Part shown: positions 14,076 through 27,971 of the stretch, piece by piece
Layout of the letters: every line of letters begins with the position of its first letter
How positions within the stretch are numbered: position 1 is the first letter of the stretch
Origin: the human T2T-CHM13v2.0 reference genome, Homo sapiens
Reading direction: 5' to 3' (one strand)
DNA: 64,000 nt
Assembly (NCBI RefSeq): GCF_009914755.1
Contig: NC_060932.1
Notes under the pieces: model-generated
Database searches by the model: none
What the model saw: the letters and a program-made list of their open reading frames with translations, nothing else
Told to the model about the DNA's origin: nothing
Program-made: the position numbers and the translations under genes

Positions 14076-17000
14076 ATATGTAGGAAAAATATACAATGCT
14101 TTAATGTTGTAATAGTGGTGTGTAAATGACTTTTAACTCTGGTATAGAAATTTTAAAAAAAGTATTAAAATACTTTACCTATAAATATACATTAGTGGGA
14201 ACAGAATACAAAAGGATATAATTTGTGATGGAGTAAAAGTATAGTTTTGGCATATGACCTGAAATCATTATCAGCTTAAAATAGATCATTATAACTGTTT
14301 TATGTAAGCCCCATGGTAAGCAAACAAACAAACAAACAAACAAACAAAAACCCTAAAAGATACCCAAAAGAAAATGAGAATAAAGAAATGTTATTACAAA
14401 AAAAAAAAAAAGGAATACTAATAAGAGTGAAGTAAAAAAGTGACAAGACAGAAAATAAATAGCAAAATAGCAAGAGTGTTTCTCTATCGATAATTACTTT
14501 AAATATGAATGGATTAAACTCCCAATCACAGCTGGGAGTGTGGTTGAATGTATTGAGAGAGAGAGAGAGACAGAGAGACAGAGACAGACGGAGGGAGGGA
14601 CAGATGCAGAGAGAGAGAGAAAAAAAAAACCCAAGTATAAGCTGTCTACAAGAGACTCACTTTAGATTTAAAGACACACACACCTGAACATGAAATAATG
14701 GAAAAAATATTGCATGCAATTGGTAACAAAAAGAGCAGAGGGGTAGCCATACTTATATTATACAAAATAAGTAAAAAACTGTCAAGAGAGAAAGAATGAC
14801 ATATAATAATGAGTCAATTCACCACACAGTTGTAACCATTATTAGTACATATGCATCTATCATCAAGGCACGTAAATATATAGAGTAAACATTGACAGGA
14901 CTGACGGTAGAAATTAACAATAGTAGGAGATTTCCACTCCCCACTCTCTATAATGTACAGAACTTCTAGACAGAAGACTAATAAAGAAACAGAGAACTTC
15001 AAAAATGCAATACACCAAATATCCTAGCAAACATATACAGAACATTCCACTCAACAGCATGAGAATATATATTCTTCTCAAGTGCACATGGAACATTCTC
15101 TGGGATAGATAAAATTCTAAGTTACAAAACAAATCTTACCAAATTTAAGAAGACTGAAATAATACCAAATATATTGTCCAATCACAAAGAAAGGGAAGTA
15201 GAAATTAAAAGCAGAAGGAAAATGGAGAGTTCACAAATATGTGGAAATTAAGCAACATGATCCTGAACAATCAATGGGTCAAAAAAAAAATCAAAAAGGA
15301 AATTGGACAATAATTTGAGACCAACAAAAATGGACAAACAATATGCCAAAACTTGTGGAAGGAAACAAAAGCAGTACCAATAGGCAAGTTTATGGTAATA
15401 AACACTTAACATTAGAAAAGAAGAAAGATTTAAATAAACAACCTGTTTTTACACCAGATAAAGTAATGCAAAGTTAGCACAGGAAAGAAACAATAAAGAT
15501 TAGAGCAGAAATAAACGAAATAGAGAAATGAAAATCAAAGTCAGCACAGGAAAGACACAGTAAAGATTAGAGCAGAAATAAATGAAATAGAGAAATGAAA
15601 ATCTAATCAAAGATTAGAGCAGAAATAAAAGAAATAGAGAAATGAAAAAATAAAACTAAAAATTTCTTTTCAAAAGATCAACAAAATTGACAATCCTTTA
15701 GCTGGACTAAGAAAAAAACAGAGAACACTCAAATAAATAAAATTAGAAATGAAACAGGAGGTATTGCAATTGATGCCACATAAACTAAAAGGATTCTAAG
15801 AAACTGTTATGAACAATTATACACCAACAAATTGGGAAAACTAGAAGAAAGGGATAAATTACTAGAAACCTACAATCTACCAAGATGAATTACGGAGAGG
15901 TAGAAAATCTGAATGGATCTGTAATAATAAGGGGATTGAATCTGTAATGAAAACCCTCCCAACAAAGGAAAGTTTAGGAGCAGATGGCTTCACCAGTGAA
16001 TTCTACCTAACAGTTAAACAACTAATGCCAATCATTCTCAAACTGTTCCAAAAAATTGAAGAGGAGGGAACACTTCCAAACTCATTTTATGAGGCCAGCA
16101 TGACCCTGATATCAAAACCAGAAAACAGTACTGCAAGAAAACTACTTGCCAACATCCATTATGAGCATAAATGCAAAAACTCTAAACATAATGCTGGCAA
16201 ACTGAATTCAACAGTACATTAAAAGGATCATATACAATGACCAAGTGAGATTTATCCTTGGGATGTAAAGGTGGTTCAACATATGAAAATCAGTCAAAGT
16301 GATAAAATGCATTAACAGATCAAACGATAAAAATTACACAAACATCTCAATGATGCAGGAAAGCGATGAAATTAATATCCTTTCATGATTTGAAAAACCC
16401 TCAAAACAGATACAGTTTCAAATGATCTTATATGTAGAAAACCCAAAGATTCCCCAAAAACCTATTAGAATAAATAAATTCAGCAAAGTTGCAGGATACA
16501 AAATCAACCATCAGTTCCATTTCTATATGCTAACAATGAACAATCTGAAAAGGAAATGAATAATACCATTTACAACAGCATCAAAAAGTATTAAAAAATA
16601 CTTAAGAATAAACATGATCAAGAAGGCAAAAGACATATACACTGAAAACTATAAAACACTGCTGAAAGAAATTAAAGAAGACACAAACAAATGAAAAGAC
16701 ATTCCATGTTCAGGGATTCAGGATTCAAAGATTTAACATTATTAAAATGTCCATACTCCCCACAGCGACCTACATATTCAATAAAATCCCTGTGAATATC
16801 CCAGTGGAATTTTTTACAGAAAAAGAAAAAAAAATTCCAAAATTTATATGTAATCATAAAAGACTCTGAATCTCTGAATAAGCCATAAATCATACTGAAA
16901 AAGAAGAACAAAGCTGTAGGCCTCACATTCCTGATTTCAAAACATATTACCAAGCTACAACATCAAATCAATATGGTTCTGGCATAAAGACAGACACATG

Positions 17001-17308
17001 CATAGACCAACAGAATGGAATACAGAGCTCAGACAAATTCAACACATATATGGGGGGAAGCTGGAACCCTTATGTACTGTTGTTCAGGTATAAAATGGTA
17101 CATTGCTTTGGAAAACCATATGGAGTTTCTTCAAAAAACTGAAAACAGAACCATATGACCCCACAGTCCCACTTCTGGGTATTTATCCACAAGAAATGAA
17201 ATTAGGATCTTGAAGAGATATTTGCACCCCATGTTCATTGCGGCATTACTCACAAAAGGTGGAAACGACCTAAGTGTCCACTGAAGGATGAATAAAGAAT
17301 ATGTACTA

Positions 17309-18077
17309 CAGTAGGCTCCCCTTATCTATCCATGTGGGATGTATTCTAAGACCCCCAGTGGACGCCTGAAATTTTGAATAGTACGAGACCCTATATATAG
17401 ATGACCCTTAAAGAGAATGGGCTTGAACTGTACAGATCCACTAATATGCAGACTGTTTTCCATCAAATGAGGACTAATAATATGGCACTTGTGGGGCGTG
17501 AAACCCGAGTATGCAGAAGCCAACTTTTCTTATATGTGGATTCAACAGGGCTGACTGCAGGACTTGAGTATGTGGGGACTTTGGTATTTAAGGGGCGTCC
17601 TGGAGCCAATCTGTTGTGTGCATGGAGGGATGACGGTATACTATGTTTTCTCCTATACATACATACCTAACATAAAATTTAATTTATAAATTAGTCACAG
17701 TAAGAGATTAACCATAATAACTAATAATAAAATAGAACAATGATAACAATATGCCACCATCACTGTTCTCTGGGGCTAGTAAGTAAAATAAGGGTTACTT
17801 GAACACAAACACTGCGATAGCTGGACAGCTGATGTCATCACAGAGATGTCTATTAAGTGATTAAAGGATGGGCATATATAGGATGGCTATGCTGGACAAA
17901 GGGATGATTCACAGCTGGTCAGGATGCAGCAGGATTGAGAAAGATTTCATTACGTTACTGAGAACAGCATGCAACTTAAAACTTAAAATCGTTTATTTCT
18001 GGAATTCTCCACTGAAAATTTTTTAACATCAGCAAACAAACTGCAGAAAGTGAAACCACAGATAAGGGAGACTACCG
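17309..18077 (-). mobile_element. MER44B-like (Tigger7) element
   Basis: TIRs cagtaggctccccttatc / gataagggagactaccg flanked by TA; internal sequence matches the MER44 family. Confidence 0.8.
17398..17636 (-). mobile_element. MER8 (Tigger-derived MITE) nested in MER44B
   Basis: About 240 nt gatgacccttaaagagaatgggcttgaactg...ggagggatgacgg inserted at a TA; MER44 sequence resumes afterwards. Confidence 0.75.
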
Positions 18078-18107
18078 TACATACATATACTGGACCTCAT
18101 GTAATTA

Positions 18108-18257
<150 letters not shown>

Positions 18258-18334
18258 TCAGCATTTTAGAAAGAGAATCTAAATGATCAACATGGTGACA
18301 GTGTTTCAATATTCTACCTAGCTACCGAAAGTAA

Positions 18335-18520
18335 TAACAATAAGAACTAAAATTTTCTGAGCCTTATGGTGTACCAGGCGGCATTCTAAAATGTTTTCCA
18401 TATACGATCTTAATACTTACAATGCTCCTACCAGGTTGGTGCTATTTCTCTCTTCTTACAAAACTGAAACACAAGGCAATAACTTGCTAATGGTCCCACA
18501 ACTAGGAAGAGTAGAAGGCT
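18335..18520 (-). mobile_element. MIR fragment
   Basis: ctgagccttatggtgtaccaggc...aaaactgaaacacaagg...taacttgc. Confidence 0.55.
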
Positions 18521-21384
18521 GAAAAACCAGGTAGCATGGCTGACAACAGACTGGGTAAGCACAGGAAGCATACTGGAAATACATAGCAATCCAAGAGAAA
18601 GCTTAAAGAGCTCATGTACCAGAGCCTTTATAGCTTCTTCAGAGACTCTAGAAATCACGAAGTAGTCTCAGAATATGAAAGGACCACTTTTGGCATTTCT
18701 CCCATACCCCCCTCAACCAGAGTGCAAGTTTAAATGTTATTACTCCTATTGCAACCTGTGCATATCTCTACTGAGGATCTTGCTGTAATGTACTATTTTC
18801 GTCTAAATGTCTCTTTCACTAGACTATGTATGACTTGACAGGAGGTATCCTTCATCTTTAGAATTCACCAAATCGAGTATACTGCAAGACAGACATTAAA
18901 CACAATCATACAAATTATCCAAAATAATTAATTATTTCAGAAGTCCTTAGATTTCTTCTGTTTATATTTTTCTGGATATGAATTCTCTACTGACTTGTAT
19001 AAACTCTTACAAATTGTTCTAAAGCAAAAAGCAATAGATTAGCAAAACAGTTTAGGATTTATTATCTTAATACAATTAAAATCTATAACTGGAAAATGTT
19101 ATTGCTTGAATATCATTTTTCTAAACATGTCTGCTGAAATAGACAGGAGAGCCATTTACTCATGCTCTTGTATCAAACATGTGGCTGTCTGTGGTCTGTC
19201 TTTAACCTGGATACCTGATTACATTAGAAAGTACATTATTGTCAACCAAATCCTTTAAATCTCTTTTGACTGAATACTCAAGAATTCTTAGACTTGGAAC
19301 TAGGTGAATAGCCACTTACAGAACACAGGCAATCCTGCCAACACCATGCTGAGATATCCACCTGGCAAGAAAGGATTCAAAATATCCACCCTGCAGGTTT
19401 CCAAGGGAGATAATAAATATCATCCCTTCTGCCTCCACTAGGTGAGGCTTAAAGGTATACTAAAAATACATATAACCAAAAAAAAGCATACCATTATTTC
19501 CGTTATAAAGCAAAAAAGCAACTAAGATAAACAGATAACCATACATCACATATAAAATAAATATTCACTACATTGTTCAATAGATGTGAAATTCTGATAC
19601 TGCCAACATGAGCACTGTGCACACAGAAGAGACCAGGGCTGAGAGGGCTGCTGCAGAGCAGGGCCTCAGGTGGCACAGTGTGCAGGAGGCACCTGACTTG
19701 AAAGCAGACCAGCTGGTTTCCAGCCCCTTCACAATCTCACCTGGTCTGAAAACTATCCTCCCACCCACCAGCCCCTAACAAGTCACTCTACTGCTGTACT
19801 TTTGCTTCATTTTAAAATGTGGGTAATTCCTAGAACTGAAGGCAAAGCATTGGCTAATGCTGGAATGGAACCTGGAGAAAATATTTTTGTTTTTAACAGA
19901 AGAGCCATAGGTCCTGAAGTACAAAGGCTTTCCCCGAGCCCTAAAACTAATTTATTGGCATCTTGCGATCCCTTTAGTTCAAAAATCTACACATCTACGT
20001 TTCTACTTTCGCAGTAGATCAATTAATCCAAGTACATGTTTACAAAATTTTAAACAGCTCTTTCTCATTACTACACTAAGCCTACTACAAAGAGATTCCA
20101 AAGAGCTCTCCAAGCGAAATGTGATTTTAAAAGTCACCCATGAGTGACTAATGCCCACTAAGTCAGTTACTTAGTAACTGACTTACTTATTGTACTCACT
20201 TACTGCAGTCTACTTTTCTATTTCCCACAGAAGTATAAAACTTAACCTTATCTTTGGCCAGTTACAATTTAGTAATCTAACACATGGATGAAACAACCTA
20301 TAATCCTCCCAAAAAGATAACTAGGGAGCAATTATTCAACGGTATTTAGTTGGTGTGCTATAAAAGCACTGCTCTAAGTGCTCTGACACTTATTAATCCA
20401 TTTAACTCACACCGTAATGCTAAGAGTAAGGTACTATTGATACTTCCATCTTACGTGAGACAGATGGGTGCAATCAAGCAGAATTCAGGGGAAGAAGGGA
20501 CTACTGTGCACTAAAGTGGGCTGGGAAGGCTCTCTAGAGCAGGTGCAACTGCTCTGATTTGACAACCACACATACAGTGCCGCTGTTGCCACTGGACCCT
20601 TGGTGAGGCTCTTCAAGCAAAACACAATGAGCTGGATGCTAATGAATGACAAGCACTGGTCCTCATCATGAGGACTGTAGAAGGAGTTAAAGTGATTTCA
20701 CAGCACGTGTGTTTTATTAAACACACAGAGGTCCGTAAAGAGTTGTAACTTCACATAATGAACTTGATGAGAGGAAGAGTGAAAAGATTACTGACAGGAA
20801 ACCTAATGCAGCAACTGACAGGCTTTAACTACAAGGGCTGTGGGGAATCAATAGGCTGACATCCTTTAATATCCAGGTATCTTCCGTGAGAAAGTGTTTA
20901 CTGAGTTTGATTAAAAGACACCATTTTACATGTGAGCCCATCTTTTCACTGCAGTTTTTACTGTGCATACTTAAGGTCCAAAGACAATCAATTGCTTTCC
21001 TTCTTGAAAATACAAGAAGCTTTTAGGGTTTTGATTCCAACAATCTGCCTCTAACCTTACTTTGGCTTTTCTTTTTTTTAATGCTATTGAAACAGGCATC
21101 ATTGTTTTTCTATAACATGCTACTGTCAGTTTAATGTTTACTTTTATCTTTATTGATCACTTCTTTCTGTACCTCAGATTGCTTTTTGGAGGCCATTTTC
21201 AATTACTTCTTGAAGTCTATCCTTTAGAAGTTCCTTTAGTGAGGAGGGTCTTTTGGTGGTCAATCTTCTATTTTTGTTTGTATAATAAATGTCCTTATTT
21301 CATTAAAAATTCCAAGTTGATAACTGCTTTTTCTTATGAAGACATTATTTCACTATCTTTTGGCTAACACCATTGTTGCAATGT

Positions 21385-23827
21385 TGATAGTGTTTAGATC
21401 TGTGTGCCCACCCAAATCTCATGTTCAGCTACAATCCCCAGTGTTGGAGGTGTAGCCTGGTGGGAGGTGATTGGGTCATGTGGGTGGTTTCTCATGAATG
21501 GTTTAGCACCATCCGCTTCTCGTGACACTGAGTAAGTGAATGCTCGTGAGATCTGGTTGTTTAAAAGTGTGTAGCACCTCGCCCAGTTTGCTTGCTCCTT
21601 CTCTGGCCATTTGAAGCCCTGTTCCCCCTTCACTTTCAGCTATGACTGTAAGTTTCCTGAGGCCTTCCCAGAAGCTGAACAGATGCCAACATCATGCTTC
21701 CTGTACAGCCTGCAGACCCGTGAGCCAATTAAACCTCTTTTCTTATAAATTACCCAGTCTCAGGTTTTCTTTATAGCAGTATGAAAATGGACCAATACAG
21801 AAAATTGGTACTGTCAAGTGGGGCATTGCTTATAAAGATACCTGAAAATGTGAAAGCTACTTTTGAACTGGATAAAAATCAGAGGTTGGAAGAGGGTGGA
21901 GGGCTCAGAATAATACAGGAAGATGACTGAAAGTTTGGAAATTCCCAGAGACTGGATGAATGGTTATGACCAAAATGCTGGCAGTGATATGGACAGCAAA
22001 GGCAAGGCTAACAAGGACACAGATGGAAATGAGGAACTTACTGGGAACTGGAGTACAAGTCACTTTTGTTATGCCTTACCAAAGAACATGGCTTGCACTG
22101 TGCCTTTGCCCTAGGGATCTGTGTAACTTTGAACTTGAGAGTGATGATTTAGGGTATCTGGCAGAAGAAATTTCTAAGCAGGAAAAGTGCTCAAGATGTG
22201 GTCTGGCTGTTTCTAACATCCTATGCTCATATGTGTGAGCAAAGAAATGACCTAAAACTGGAAGTTAAATTTAAAAGAGAAGCCGAGCATAAATGTTTGA
22301 AAAATTTGCAGCCTGGCCACGTGATAGAAAAAAAAAAGGCCTATTTTCAGAAGAGGAATTCAAACAGACTGCAGAAATTTGCATAAATTAAAAAGAAGCC
22401 AAGTGCTATTAGCCAAGACAATGGGGACACGGCCTTGAAGGTATTTCAGAGACCTTCACAGCAGCCCCTCTCGAGGCCTAGGAGGGAAGAATGGTTTCAT
22501 GGGCCAGAGCCAGGGCACTGCTGCCCTGTGAAGCCTCGGGACACTGCTCCTTGCATCCCAGCTTCTCCAGGTTCAGCCATGGCTCAAAGGGGCCTGGGTA
22601 CAGCTTGGGCTGCTGCTACAGAGCATGTTGGCCACAAACTTTAGTGGCTTCCATGTGGTTTTAAGCCTGTGGCTACACAGAGGACAAGAACTGAGGCCTG
22701 GGAGTCTCCACCTAGATTTCACAGGATATATGAAAAGTCTGGATGTACAGGCAGAAGCCTGCTGCAGTGGTGGAGCCCTCATGGAGAATTCCCTACTAGG
22801 GCAGTGTGGAGGGCTAATGCAGGGTTAAAGCCCCCACACAGAGTTCCAACTGGGGTGCTACCTAGTGGAGCTGTGAGAAAAGGGCCATTGTCCTCCAGAC
22901 CTCAGAATGGTAGAGCCACTGACAGCTTGCACCATATATGCCTGGAAAAACCGAAGGCAGTCAATGCCATCCCATGAGTGCAGCTGCAGGGGCTGAACCC
23001 TGCAAAGCCACAGAGACAGAGCTGTCCAATGCTGTGGGAGCCTACCCCTCACACCAGTGTGCCCTGGATGTTAGACATGGAGCCAAATAACAATTTTTTG
23101 GATCTTTAAAATTTAATGACTGGCCTTCTGGGTTTCAGACTTCTATGGAGCCTGTAGCCCCTTTTTTTTTGGTCCATATATTCCTTTTGGAATGGGAATA
23201 TTTTCCCAATCCCTGTATCCCCATTGTATCTTGGGAGTAACTAACTTGTTTGTGATTTTACAGGTTCATAGGTAGAAGGAACTAGCTTTGTCTCAGATGA
23301 CACTTCAGACTTTGGATTTCTGAGTTAATGGTGGAATGAGTTAAGACTTTGGGGAACGTTGGGAAGGCATGATTGTATTTTGCCATGTGAGAAGGACATG
23401 ATATTTGGGAGGGGCCTGGGGCGGAATGATATGGTTTAGATCTGTGTCCCCACCCAAATCTCATGCTAAATTGTAATTCCCAGTGTTGGAGGTGGGGCCT
23501 GGTGGGAGGTAATTGGATCATGATTCATCAATGGTTTAGCACTACCTCCTTGGTGCTGTTCTCATGATAGTGAATGAGTGCTCATGAGATCTGGTTGTTT
23601 AAAAGTGTGGAGCACCCCCCTTCTCTTTCTCCTGTGGCCATGTGAAGTGGTGCTCCCCCTTTACCTTCCACCATAATTCTAAGTTTCCTGAGGCCTTCCC
23701 AGACACTGAGCAGATGCCAGCATCATGTTTCCTGTATAGCCTGTGGATCTGTGAGCCAATTAAACTACTTTATAAATTATCCAGTCTCGGGTATTTCTTC
23801 AGATGACTGTGAGAATGGACTACTACA
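21385..23827 (+). mobile_element. Complete MaLR element MSTA (5'LTR 21385-21799, internal 21800-23426, 3'LTR 23427-23827)
   Basis: Two directly repeated ~410-nt LTRs (tgata...tttagatctgtgt..ccacccaaatctcatg...aca) flanking an MST-type internal region that starts gaaaattggtact. Confidence 0.92.
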
Positions 23828-25411
23828 GATTTCTACCCTGAGTCTAAATGCTATGTCTAAGCACAGGTTTCTTTAATTTACACAGACTGCTGTTCTTTGA
23901 GCTTCCTGTGTATTATTTTGAAAAACCTGTAGACATTATATCTTTGAATAATGTCTCTCCTCTATCATCTTCATGATTGTAACCTGACACTCCATTCTAA
24001 CTTCTCACTTCATTCCACTTGTGACTTATTCACTCTTTCATATTCTCCATCTCTCTGTACTTGTGTGCTAAATGCTGTGTAATTTTATCTTCAGTACTGG
24101 TAGGCCACCTAGATCCAAAAATGTCCTGAAGGCTTAGCATCCCCAGGGTTGGCCACCTCCCCACATTTGTACTCATGCTTTATTCCTGGCCTAACAGGAT
24201 TTCCCTTTCATTGTTACAGGCTTATCCATTCAGATAAAAGTTATTTAAAAATATTTCATCTATCAGTTTTAGATGTTTTATTATGGGAGAGTTTCAGAAT
24301 CTGTAGGCCATCACATTGCAAAAAATAGATTCTCTATTGCATTTTTCTTTCCTTCTTTTTATAAGAAGGGAAGAATTTATGCACAAACTTTGTTATCTAG
24401 GAAGAATTCATTTGGAGCAGGATGCAGGAGATATTGCAGGGTGAGAACAAGGAGAGAAACTGGAACAAGGGGAACCAGTAAGGAAATTATTACAGTAGGT
24501 GAGATAAGAGAAAAAGGCCAGAACATGAATAGAGGCATACGATACATTAAGATAAAATGGAAGGAAAGGGAAAGGCATTAACATTAACTAAGCACCTACA
24601 CTGCAGCACTCTGAGTGTTGGGCTAACGTTATACCTATACGTTCTATGTGTTCCAAACAATCTTTTCAGGTAGGTATTATTGTCTCTGTTTTATATTTTA
24701 TGCCCCCATTATTAACTATATTTACAATTCTGAAAGGTAGAGTATGCCCCCAAGGAAGCTACCCATCTAAGGATTTCAAAGCTACTGTACAGGACAATTA
24801 AGTAAATATTTTCTAAAGATACATTAAGAAATAGAAAATATCCAGGTGACAATTCTTTGCAGTGGTCGGTCTGCTACTCCTGTGAGGTGGGCACTGAAGG
24901 CAGGAAGAGAGATGATGAGATAAGAGGGAAATATAACCAGGTACTTTCTCTAATCTCACTCAAATATAGGACCTTCAAAGGCATCCCTGCTCATGACTAC
25001 AGATCTCAGAACAGAGGCACAGTCTCTGTGCCTGCCCCCTCAGGTGCTCCCAGCTCCACATTTCTGCAGAATAATTATCTAATATTACTAATAATTACAG
25101 AAGTAGTAATAGCACAGCAAATGATTGCTGAACACATACTGTTTTAGGCACTGTTCCAAGATTTGACCTGTATAAACAAAAGCCCGTAAGTCTATGAGGG
25201 ATCCACGGTTATAACCTCCATCTCACAGATGTGGAACCTATGACCACCTTCCTCTCACCTCCTATGAACCGGCAGCACTTGTTTCTCCATAGCACTGGGC
25301 GTTTTCACTCTGGTTTCCATACAGAGAAAGGCCAGCTAAACTAGATTCGGGAGGCAATGTCTTGGATAAATCTGGGATCTAGGAGTGATATTAAAATTAC
25401 TTAAGAGCTGA

Positions 25412-25468
25412 GGCTGGGCACGGTGGCTCACGCCTGTAATCCCAGCATATAACAAGACTCCACTGCTA

Positions 25469-25501
<33 letters not shown>

Positions 25502-26016
25502 AAGTCAGGTGTATTAGTACATTCTCACATTGCTAATAAAGATGTACCTATGACTGGGTAATTTATAAAGGGAAGAGGTTTAACTGACTCACAGTTCAGC
25601 ATGGCTGGGGATGCCTCAGGAAATGTACAATCACGGCAGAAGGGGAAATGATTATGTCCTTCTTCACATAGCAGCAGCAAGGAGAAGTGCCGAGCAAAAA
25701 GGGGAAAAGCCCCTTATAAAGCCATCAGATCTCAGGAGAACTCACTCATTATCATGAGAACAGCATGAGAGTAATGGCCCCCAACAATTCAATTACCTCC
25801 CACCAGGTGGGAACTACAATTCAGGATGAGATTTGGGTGGGGACACAGCCAAACCATATCACCAGGCATGCTGATGCATGCCTATATTCCCAGCTACTTG
25901 GGAGGCTGAAGTAGGAGGACTGTTTCAGTCCAGGAGGTTGAGGCTGCAGTGAGCCATGATCGTGCCACTGGATTCTATCCTGGGTGACAAAGTGAGATCC
26001 TGTCTCAAAAAAAAAA
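25412..26016 (+). mobile_element. AluJ with left-arm deletion, split by a THE1 LTR
   Basis: TSD aaaattacttaagagctga / aaaattatttaagagttga; left arm 25412-25509, right arm 25862-26016. Confidence 0.88.
25510..25861 (-). mobile_element. THE1 solo LTR (THE1C-like)
   Basis: tgtattagt...ggggacacagccaaaccatatca; 5-bp TSD tcagg/ccagg. Confidence 0.92.
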
Positions 26017-27971
26017 TTATTTAAGAGTTGATTCAGGAGCTACCTTGAGCTGTTGGGAAAAGCACTGTTCCAGTCAGATTGAAGGGACATCCACAGTAAA
26101 TGGTCTGTACCAGTACACAGTCTCTGAGTATCAGCTCTGGCTTGGGGGCTGCTTCCTGACCAGTATGGGTGAAATTAAGAAGTGAATGAAACCAACAAGC
26201 TGCTGTGATCGTTATTCTGAGTCACACTCACATACACATGAAGACCACATTTCTGCAATAGAAAAATTGGCAGTTCCTCCAAAGATGGGTGATATTGGAG
26301 CCATCACTGAATCTTAAATATTACAAACCAGTTATTATTTTCTCTTTATTACTAATTTGAAGAAACATATTTGGAAATATAAAGTACAGTGAATAATATT
26401 TTGGCTTTAGTTATTACCACTGATTTTTGTAAAAGTGAAATGCTTAACGGGGAATGAAAAGACAGTATCACCCCTCTTTCATAAAGAGGAAGATATAAAA
26501 TATTTCTAAACAATAAAATATTCATTAACGAGTAATAATGGATTTATGCCAGAAAAGTTTTTTTTTAATCCACCAAAAGGTATAAGCTTCATGCAGAAGT
26601 TTATATTTGCATGCTATACTCTCCAACTTTTCTTCTCAACTGAACTGGAAATGGACTGTGTTTAAGATTTTACTGTTCCAATTTTCTATTTCATTCAAAT
26701 GGCAGAGCATTTGTTCCTACATCAAAATCTTGTCCTGTTTTTTGACCACTCATCTCTCTGGGTGCCCTGATCATCTTTTTTTTCCTTTTCCTCATGTTTA
26801 CTATCAGAAAGTCATAATATGGATAGAAAGTCATAATATGGATAGAAAGACATAGTATGAGCATTGCCTATTGTTTTCATTTAACATATTAATCTTTACT
26901 TCCTGTCTGTTGTCTTGAAAATATTCTCCCATTGTTCCATGTAAAATGACAAAAAAACCATTTTATTCCCCTCAGAGTAGAGAGAGAGAATTAGCCATAT
27001 ACACATTAATGAGCAGTAATTTATTTTTCAGGGCCTCACCAAGAGTCTTGGCGTGAAGGCCGACAATGCAAATCCTGCCAGGCCAAGAAACAGGTATGTG
27101 GGGATGAGGTAGTTCTAATGCAAAATATCTTGAATTTCCTGAGGTTAACGGAGAAAGATATTCACAATATAAAGCAATCCCAATGATGGCATTCCAAAAT
27201 AAACCCAGCACTTTAATGAACTTGAAAACAAAGATATACTTAGCAGAAGTTCTGTACTAATATAAGTGAGACATCATCTATACTAGCTGTAAAAAGCACA
27301 AGGCATTTTTAAGACTGTTCTATTTTCTCAGTGATAGAACTAAACAACTTAAAGTATCTTTAAAACAAAATCCTTAAAGTATGTAGCCTAAAGCATGAAG
27401 AAACAGGCTACCTTGATAAGAAGGGAGTTCTGAAGTTCTAATCAATGACACAGTTGAAGATACAACTCACGCAGGGAGGAGTCTGCTTTCTGCAATTGAT
27501 GTGCAAAGAATTTAAATAAGTTCATAGATGACAGACTCACAGATGATTAAGTGAAGTTAAGGGTAATCCTGTATATTAACCTCTAACTTTCTTTTACAAA
27601 ATATCCTCAGGCATCACAAGATATTCTATTACATCTTAATTAATAGAGCAGCTCAGGCACTTTTAGATTACTGCTTGAAGCAATCAAGTCCAAGCTGAGC
27701 AAAGGAAAATTTACCACTGGGCTATGAGTCACACAGTATTCCAGTATTCAGCAAGTGACAGTATTAATTATCCCTGGTTTATAGCAGCGTGGTAGCACTA
27801 AAACAGTACTATTACTACTATATATTCCTAATCACTTATCTTTGAAACACTTAAGGCAATTTACACATTACAAAAAAAATCACTTAATCCTTATAGTCTT
27901 TCTCTTTTATAAAAGGATGCTTTGTCAACTCTATTTTATAAAGGAAAAAAGTAGGGCAGCCTTGTAGGAAC

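Larger units (their letters stand above)
10300..18095 (+). mobile_element. Near full-length old L1 (L1MA9-L1MB-like) with 5'UTR, ORF1 and ORF2 remnants; hosts nested insertions
   Basis: 5'UTR-like region ~10300-11350; ORF1 remnants ~11400-13740; ORF2 endonuclease start ~14490 (actttaaatatgaatggattaaactcc); RT remnant ORF 15947-16222 ([10 protein letters not shown]...[18 protein letters not shown]); L1MB-type 3' region 17050-17305. Confidence 0.85.

Noticed and set aside
21923-23052. ORFs in the MSTA internal region
   Set aside because: Fragmented remnants of the MaLR internal ORF; not an intact gene.
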